Part shown: in pieces, positions 58,994 to 64,000 of the stretch
How positions within the stretch are numbered: position 1 is the stretch's first letter
Layout of the letters: each line of letters opens with the position of its first letter
NCBI GenBank assembly: GCA_965116905.1
Contig: OZ220732.1
Coordinates: 2,784,001-2,848,000 of the forward strand
Source of the DNA: Longimicrobiales bacterium
GTDB taxonomy: Bacteria; Gemmatimonadota; Gemmatimonadetes; Longimicrobiales; Gaopeijiaceae
Reading direction: 5' to 3'
DNA: 64,000 nt
Notes under the pieces: model-generated
What the model was told of the DNA's origin: nothing
The model's input: only the letters and a program-made list of their open reading frames with translations
The model's database searches: none
Made by a program: the position numbers and the translations under genes

Positions 58994-61038
58994 CGGTCCT
59001 GGGCGAAGTCGCCCTCTGGATCGCTCTTCCGGTTGCCCTGTGGGGGACCGTCGTCTCCTTCGTCGGAGGGCGATTCCGCCGCAACGACCTGGTCCTGAGC
59101 GGAGAGCGCACCGTCTACATGCTCACGCTCCTGCTCCTCGTGGTCTCGGCCGGGATCATCGCGGCCTTCCTGGGAAACCAGTACGAGTACCGCTATGTGG
59201 CGAACTACTCGAACCGCGAGCTGGACACCTACTTCAAGGTGGCCGGACTGTGGGCGGGACAGCGGGGCTCGCTCGTGTTCTGGACGCTGCTGCTGTCGGT
59301 TTTTTCCTCCATCGCCGTCTTTGTCAACCGGCGCCGCAACCGGGAGTTCATGCCCTATGTGAGCGGCACCCTCCTCGGCCTGCTGTCGTTTCTCCTGGTC
59401 GTGCTGCTGTTCGCGGACGTCAACCCGTTCGAGCGCATGGGGTTCACGCCCGTCAACGGCCGCGGTCTGAATCCACAGCTGCAGAACTACTGGATGACCA
59501 TTCATCCACCCACGCTGTACCTCGGCTTCACGGCGTTCGCGGTTCCCTTCGCATTCGCGGTGTCGGCGCTCTTGAACAACCGTCTCGACTCCCGGTGGAT
59601 CGCCATCACCCGGCGCTGGATTCTGCTCAGCTGGTTCTTCCTGACCAACGGGATCATCTTCGGCATGCGCTGGGCATACGAGGAGCTGGGGTGGGGCGGC
59701 TACTGGTTCTGGGATCCGGTCGAGAACGCCTCCCTGCTCCCGTGGCTCACGGCCACGGCGTTTCTCCACTCGATCCAGATCCAGGAGAACCGCGGGATGC
59801 TGAAGGTGTGGAACATGGGTCTCGTGGTGACCACGTTTCTCCTCACGATATTCGCGACGTTCCTCACCCGCTCCGGGCTCATCGAGTCGGTCCACAGCTT
59901 CGCCGAGAACCTGCGGATCGCGTACATCTTCCTCGGGTTCATGGGTGGCTTGGCGGCCTTGTCGGCCGTGCTCATCGTGTACCGGCTTCCGTCGCTCAGG
60001 TCCGAGAATCAGATCCAGTCGTTCCTGTCGCGGGAGTCCGCCTTCGTGTTTAACAACCTCCTGCTGGTGGGCGTCACCTTCGCCGTGGCCTGGGGAACTC
60101 TCTTCCCGCTCATCACCGAGGGGTTCTTCGGCGAGACGCGGAATGTGGGGCCGCCCTACTTCAACAGCGTGAACATCCCGATCGGGCTGATCCTGCTGGC
60201 GCTGATGGGAATCGGGCCGGTGATCGCCTGGCGGCGCGCGTCGCGACGCAACCTGCGCAGGAACTTCACGGTGCCGCTGCTCGCCGCGGCGGTCACGCTC
60301 GGCACCCTTGTCCTGCTGGGCGTGCGGCACGGCATGGCGCTGACGACCTTCACGATCGCGGTGTTCGTGATGACGATCGTGGTCACGGAGTTCTGGAAGG
60401 GCACGCGGGCACGGGCGCGGATCGCCGGCGAGGGGATGTTGAACGCGCTCCGCAGTCTGGTGAGGAAGAACCGGCGGAGGTGGGGCGGCTACGTCGTCCA
60501 CGCCGGGGTCGTGATCGTCTTCACCGGTCTGGCCGGAGCCGCTTTCGATGTCCGGGTGGAGCAGGAGTTGGCGCCGGGCGAGGCGATGAGCGTACGCTCG
60601 GCACTGGGCACGGAGTACAGCCTGGTCTACGAGAGCCTCTCGCATTCGCGCCCCCGTGTGGCTGCGAACGAGCGTGAGAACGACTGGCGGTGGACGGCGC
60701 TGCTCACGGTGTACAGGGACGGGGAGCGCGTCGGCATCCTGCGGCCGGAGCGGAGGTTCTATCCCGTCATGGAGCAGCAATCCACCGAGGTGGGCATCGC
60801 GAGCACGGCATTCGAGGACCTGTACGTGATTCCCAAGGAGGTGGACCTCGAGAGCGGCTCGGAGCGCGTCACATTCGAGGCGAAGGCGCTGCCGCTGGTC
60901 CCCTGGATCTGGTATGGCGGGCTGCTCGTGACCGTGGGCGCCCTGATCGGACTCTGGCCGGCCGCCAGGGTCGCCGCTCCGGCTGCCGTCCGCCGCAGAT
61001 CGCGCACCGGACCACTGCCGGCAGCGGCAGCCGGCTGA
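58990..61038 (+). CDS. ccmF: Heme lyase CcmF
   Basis: WAGQRGSL, GLNPQLQ..IHPP, WAYEELGWGGYWFWDPVENAS, SVHSFA. Confidence 0.96.
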   Translation: MTVLGEVALWIALPVALWGTVVSFVGGRFRRNDLVLSGERTVYMLTLLLLVVSAGIIAAFLGNQYEYRYVANYSNRELDTYFKVAGLWAGQRGSLVFWTLLLSVFSSIAVFVNRRRNREFMPYVSGTLLGLLSFLLVVLLFADVNPFERMGFTPVNGRGLNPQLQNYWMTIHPPTLYLGFTAFAVPFAFAVSALLNNRLDSRWIAITRRWILLSWFFLTNGIIFGMRWAYEELGWGGYWFWDPVENASLLPWLTATAFLHSIQIQENRGMLKVWNMGLVVTTFLLTIFATFLTRSGLIESVHSFAENLRIAYIFLGFMGGLAALSAVLIVYRLPSLRSENQIQSFLSRESAFVFNNLLLVGVTFAVAWGTLFPLITEGFFGETRNVGPPYFNSVNIPIGLILLALMGIGPVIAWRRASRRNLRRNFTVPLLAAAVTLGTLVLLGVRHGMALTTFTIAVFVMTIVVTEFWKGTRARARIAGEGMLNALRSLVRKNRRRWGGYVVHAGVVIVFTGLAGAAFDVRVEQELAPGEAMSVRSALGTEYSLVYESLSHSRPRVAANERENDWRWTALLTVYRDGERVGILRPERRFYPVMEQQSTEVGIASTAFEDLYVIPKEVDLESGSERVTFEAKALPLVPWIWYGGLLVTVGALIGLWPAARVAAPAAVRRRSRTGPLPAAAAG

Positions 61039-61060
61039 GTTCCCCGATGGCGAATGCGCC

Positions 61061-61537
61061 GTGACGGCCCTGGTCGGCGGAGTGCTCCTCGCCGCCGGCG
61101 TGGCGCTGTTCATCCTTGAACCCGTCTTCTCCGGCCGGAGAGCAACGCTGTATGGTGGGGACGACGACTTCGACGAAGGTGCCGCGCGGCGGCGGGTGGC
61201 GCTGACGGCGCTTCGGGACCTCGAGTACGACCGGGCGACGGGCAAGCTCGACGAGGAGGACTACGACGCCCTGAAGCTGGAGTTGTCCCGGGAGGCGCTC
61301 ATGCACCTCGGACGGGACGAGGAAGCGGGGGAGGGGCCCGAGACCGAGGCGCTTCGGATCTCACGGCAGCTGGAGGACGAGATCGCCCAGATCAGGCGGG
61401 CGATCCGCCGGGGCATGCAGTGCGCTTCGTGCGAGCACGTCAACAGCATCGGGGCGAGGTATTGCGGGCGTTGCGGAAAACGGCTGGCCACCGGAGCCGG
61501 TCCTTCCGGGACCTCCTCCGAGGGAGCCGGCTCTTGA
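61061..61537 (+). CDS. CcmI-like membrane protein with C-terminal zinc ribbon
   Basis: N-terminal TM, LRDLEYDRATGKLDEEDY, CASC..YCGRC. Confidence 0.72.
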   Translation: MTALVGGVLLAAGVALFILEPVFSGRRATLYGGDDDFDEGAARRRVALTALRDLEYDRATGKLDEEDYDALKLELSREALMHLGRDEEAGEGPETEALRISRQLEDEIAQIRRAIRRGMQCASCEHVNSIGARYCGRCGKRLATGAGPSGTSSEGAGS

Positions 61538-62238
61538 CCCTTGAAGGACGGGGCATCGTCTGCAACTACGCTGCGGTGCGCGCGCTCGCCGGGGTGGATG
61601 TGCACGCGGCCGGCCGTGAGATCCTGGCCATCGTGGGGCCCAACGGGGCGGGGAAGACGACGCTCCTCAAGGTGCTGAGCGGAGAGCGCAGACCCGACGA
61701 CGGCGAGGTCGTGCTCGACGGACACCGGGTGTCGGGCGCGGACGCCGCCTGGCGGGCACGGATCGGGCTGGTGTCCCACCGCACGGGTTTGTACGAGAAG
61801 CTCACCGTAACCGAGAACCTCAGGTTTTTCGCGGCCCTTCACGGCCTTGCGGGCAACGGGCGCACACTGAGCGCGACCCTGGATGCGGTCGGGGCCGCCG
61901 GATTGGCCGCCCGCCGCATCGAGGCGCTCTCGCGCGGTCAGCGCCAGAGGGTCGCCCTGGCAAGATCGCTCCTGCACGATCCCGAGGTCCTGTTCCTCGA
62001 CGAGCCGTTCACGGGGCTGGATCCCGAGGGCGCGGCAGGCCTGGAGAGGGCGCTGACGGCCCGCCGCAGCGACGGGGCGGTGGTCGTCCTCGTGACGCAC
62101 GACCTGCGCCGCGGTCTCCGGCTGGCCGACCGGGTCGTCGTCCTGCGCCGGGGCCGGAAGGTCTTCGACGGCGAGGCGGCCGAGGAGGGGGCCGGCGAGA
62201 TCCTGGATCGCTTCACCGCGGGAGCGGGCGGGCCGTGA
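61534..62238 (+). CDS. ccmA: Heme exporter ATP-binding protein CcmA
   Basis: GPNGAGKTT, LSRGQRQR, FLDEP. TTGA overlap start, ccm context. Confidence 0.9.
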   Translation: MTLEGRGIVCNYAAVRALAGVDVHAAGREILAIVGPNGAGKTTLLKVLSGERRPDDGEVVLDGHRVSGADAAWRARIGLVSHRTGLYEKLTVTENLRFFAALHGLAGNGRTLSATLDAVGAAGLAARRIEALSRGQRQRVALARSLLHDPEVLFLDEPFTGLDPEGAAGLERALTARRSDGAVVVLVTHDLRRGLRLADRVVVLRRGRKVFDGEAAEEGAGEILDRFTAGAGGP

Positions 62239-62915
62239 TGGAGGAGCTGCGCTGGACGTGGCTGATCGCGCGCAAGGACCTGAGCCTCGAGTTCCGGGCC
62301 GCGGGCCGGTTGCTTTCCATGATCGCGTTCGTTGTCCTTGCCGGATTCCTCTTCGGCTTTGCGCTCGACAAGGGCCAGGTGCCCGGACGCGCGGTGGTCG
62401 CGAGTCTCACCTGGCTCACCGTCCTCTTCGCCTCGACGGCCGGCGCCGGACGGATATTCGACATGGAGGAGGAGGACGGCGCCTTCCGCCACGTCCTTCT
62501 CACGCCGGTCTCGAGGCGCGCCGTGTTCCTGGGGAAGACTGCGGCGAATCTCGTGCTGACCTGGCTGATCACCGCACTCTCGTTCATCGCGCTCACCAGC
62601 TTTCTCGGAGTCCGCACCTCCGGGTCGCTGGCCGCGCATGCGGCGATCTTCCTGCCGGGCACGATCGGGCTGTCGGCGACCGCGACCTTCTTCGGGCGCA
62701 TGTCGCGGCACAGCAACCTGGGCGATTCGCTGCTGCCGGTACTCACGTTCCCGTTGCTCGCTCCCGTGATGTTCTTAGGGGCCACGGCCTCGGCACGGGT
62801 TTTCATGGCCTTGCCGTGGGATGAGATTTCGAGTCTGGTTCGCCTGCTCTGGGCGTTTGCGATTGGCTCGGTGGCGGTCGGTGCCGTCCTCTTTCATCAG
62901 CTGACCGACGAATAG
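62235..62915 (+). CDS. ccmB: Heme exporter permease CcmB
   Basis: KDLSLEFR, EEEDG, FLGK, LLPVLTFPLLAP. Confidence 0.92.
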   Translation: MMEELRWTWLIARKDLSLEFRAAGRLLSMIAFVVLAGFLFGFALDKGQVPGRAVVASLTWLTVLFASTAGAGRIFDMEEEDGAFRHVLLTPVSRRAVFLGKTAANLVLTWLITALSFIALTSFLGVRTSGSLAAHAAIFLPGTIGLSATATFFGRMSRHSNLGDSLLPVLTFPLLAPVMFLGATASARVFMALPWDEISSLVRLLWAFAIGSVAVGAVLFHQLTDE

Positions 62916-62925
62916 GGGTTTCCGA

Positions 62926-63648
62926 ATGGAGTCTACAAGGGTGCGAACCGCAGGCAGGGTGCGAACCGCAGGCGTGTTGCTCGTGTGGGCAGGCATCGCC
63001 GCCATCCTGCTGGTGCACTGGATGGTTGCCTTCTGGGTCCCGACGGAAGCGGCCCAGGGCGTGGTGCAGCGAATCTTCTACGTGCACGTGCCAGCGGCCT
63101 GGACGACGTTCCTGGCGTTCGGGATCGTGGCTCTCGCAAGCGCCGCGTATCTCTGGCTGGAGGACGAACGCGCCGACGCCGCCGCGGTGGCCGCGGCCGA
63201 AGGCGGACTGATCTACGGGGCCATCATGCTCATCTCCGGTCCGTTGTGGGGCCGGGTCGCGTGGGGCACCTACTGGACCTGGGAGCCGCGGCTGACGCTG
63301 ACGCTGCTGCTCTGGTTCACCTACCTGGGATACTTCCTCGTCAGGGGATCTGTGGCCGACCCGCGGCGGGGGAAGCGCTTCGCGGCGGTGATCGCGATCG
63401 TGGGCTCCCTGAATATCCCGCTGATCCATGTCAGCGTCTCCTGGTTCAGGTCGCTGCACCCCGGGCCGGTCGTCATCAAGCCCGAGGGCCCCACCCTTCA
63501 CCCGGATATGCTGACGACCCTTCTGGTTTCGTTGGCCGGTTTCACGATGGTCTTTCTCGGGCTCTTCGCGCTCCGATACTCGATCGAGCTCGCCGCCAGG
63601 CGGCAGGCGCGGGTTGAGGATGCCGCACTCGCTGGAGGAATCGCATGA
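62926..63648 (+). CDS. ccmC: Heme exporter CcmC
   Basis: RIFYVHVPAAW, WGRVAWGTYWTWEPRLT, WFRSLHP. Confidence 0.95.
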   Translation: MESTRVRTAGRVRTAGVLLVWAGIAAILLVHWMVAFWVPTEAAQGVVQRIFYVHVPAAWTTFLAFGIVALASAAYLWLEDERADAAAVAAAEGGLIYGAIMLISGPLWGRVAWGTYWTWEPRLTLTLLLWFTYLGYFLVRGSVADPRRGKRFAAVIAIVGSLNIPLIHVSVSWFRSLHPGPVVIKPEGPTLHPDMLTTLLVSLAGFTMVFLGLFALRYSIELAARRQARVEDAALAGGIA

Positions 63649-63887
63649 TATATCGCATCAGATCTCGAATCTGTACGGTGCTGCTCTGCTCGGCGGCAAC
63701 TCCGGCGGCCCTGTTCGCGCAGGCCACGGAGGCCGGGCGTGGCGCGCTGCGTCCCTACGTCCACGTCCTCCTCGCCTACGGGATCACGTGGGTGCTGATC
63801 GCCCTCTGGGTGTGGATGATCGCGCGGAAGATGAAGCGCCTGGCGGCTGGCGAATCCGGGCGCCCGGCGAACGATGGCGGCTCGTAG
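63645..63887 (+). CDS. ccmD: CcmD family small membrane protein
   Basis: Follows ccmC with ATGA overlap, LAYGITWVLIALWV TM then basic tail. Confidence 0.75.
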   Translation: MIYRIRSRICTVLLCSAATPAALFAQATEAGRGALRPYVHVLLAYGITWVLIALWVWMIARKMKRLAAGESGRPANDGGS

Positions 63888-64000
63888 CAGTCCGTGGATA
63901 AAGCCGCCCGAGCACCGAGAGCGGCGAGGCGCCGGGTGCCGGGCGGTTCCGGTCCTCGTTGCGCTGCTGCTGTTCGTCCAGCCCGCAGCGGCCCAGTCCA
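63874..64000 (+). CDS. Partial exported protein (runs off window)
   Basis: Manual translation MAARSSPWIKPPEHRERRGAGCRAVPVLVALLLFVQPAAAQS, signal-peptide-like. Confidence 0.5.
   Translation, partial: MAARSSPWIKPPEHRERRGAGCRAVPVLVALLLFVQPAAAQS
63885..63910. repeat. Half copy (left end) of the 52480 MITE-like element
   Basis: TAGCAGTCCGTGGATAAAGCCGCCCG matches 52480-52505 at 25 of 26 positions. Confidence 0.8.

Overview
A gene-dense, high-GC (about 70% by eye) bacterial chromosome segment with roughly 58 protein-coding genes. I saw no rRNA, tRNA, CRISPR array, transposase or prophage. Most genes are housekeeping: moeA, fur/perR-like, acs, guaB, moaC, holB, pdxA, surA-type PPIases, mfd, lepA, pruA, NifU/Mrp, ubiE/menG, M16 peptidase pair, mutM, purD, two trans-sulfuration enzymes, glmM, glmS, dtd, maf, glpK and a ccmE-F-(I-like)-A-B-C-D cluster. 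Gene content and style suggest a diderm Gemmatimonadota-like organism (inference, not tested). The best candidate for an undescribed system is a six-gene minus-strand cassette between pdxA and holB (11839-15844). In order it holds an ECF-like promoter, a membrane-anchored CxxS thioredoxin-like protein, a beta-propeller-like lipoprotein, a 68-aa secreted peptide with 8 Cys (CC-x8-CC-x2-CC-x5-C-x5-C), a LptF/G-like permease lacking the periplasmic jellyroll, a zinc-type (HxxxCxxC) anti-sigma and an ECF sigma factor. Other observations: a 73-bp MITE-like element with perfect 14-bp inverted ends plus a half copy that supplies the ccmD stop codon; tandem AAC-N17-CGTAGTG promoters ahead of a duplicated, zinc-less anti-sigma; a CxxxF CcmE variant; an apparent CTG start for pdxA; a STAS/HATPase pair in the lepA operon; and repeated tandem echoes of gene ends. 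Start codons are my own picks from RBS and overlap context. Family assignments come from motif recognition, not database searches.
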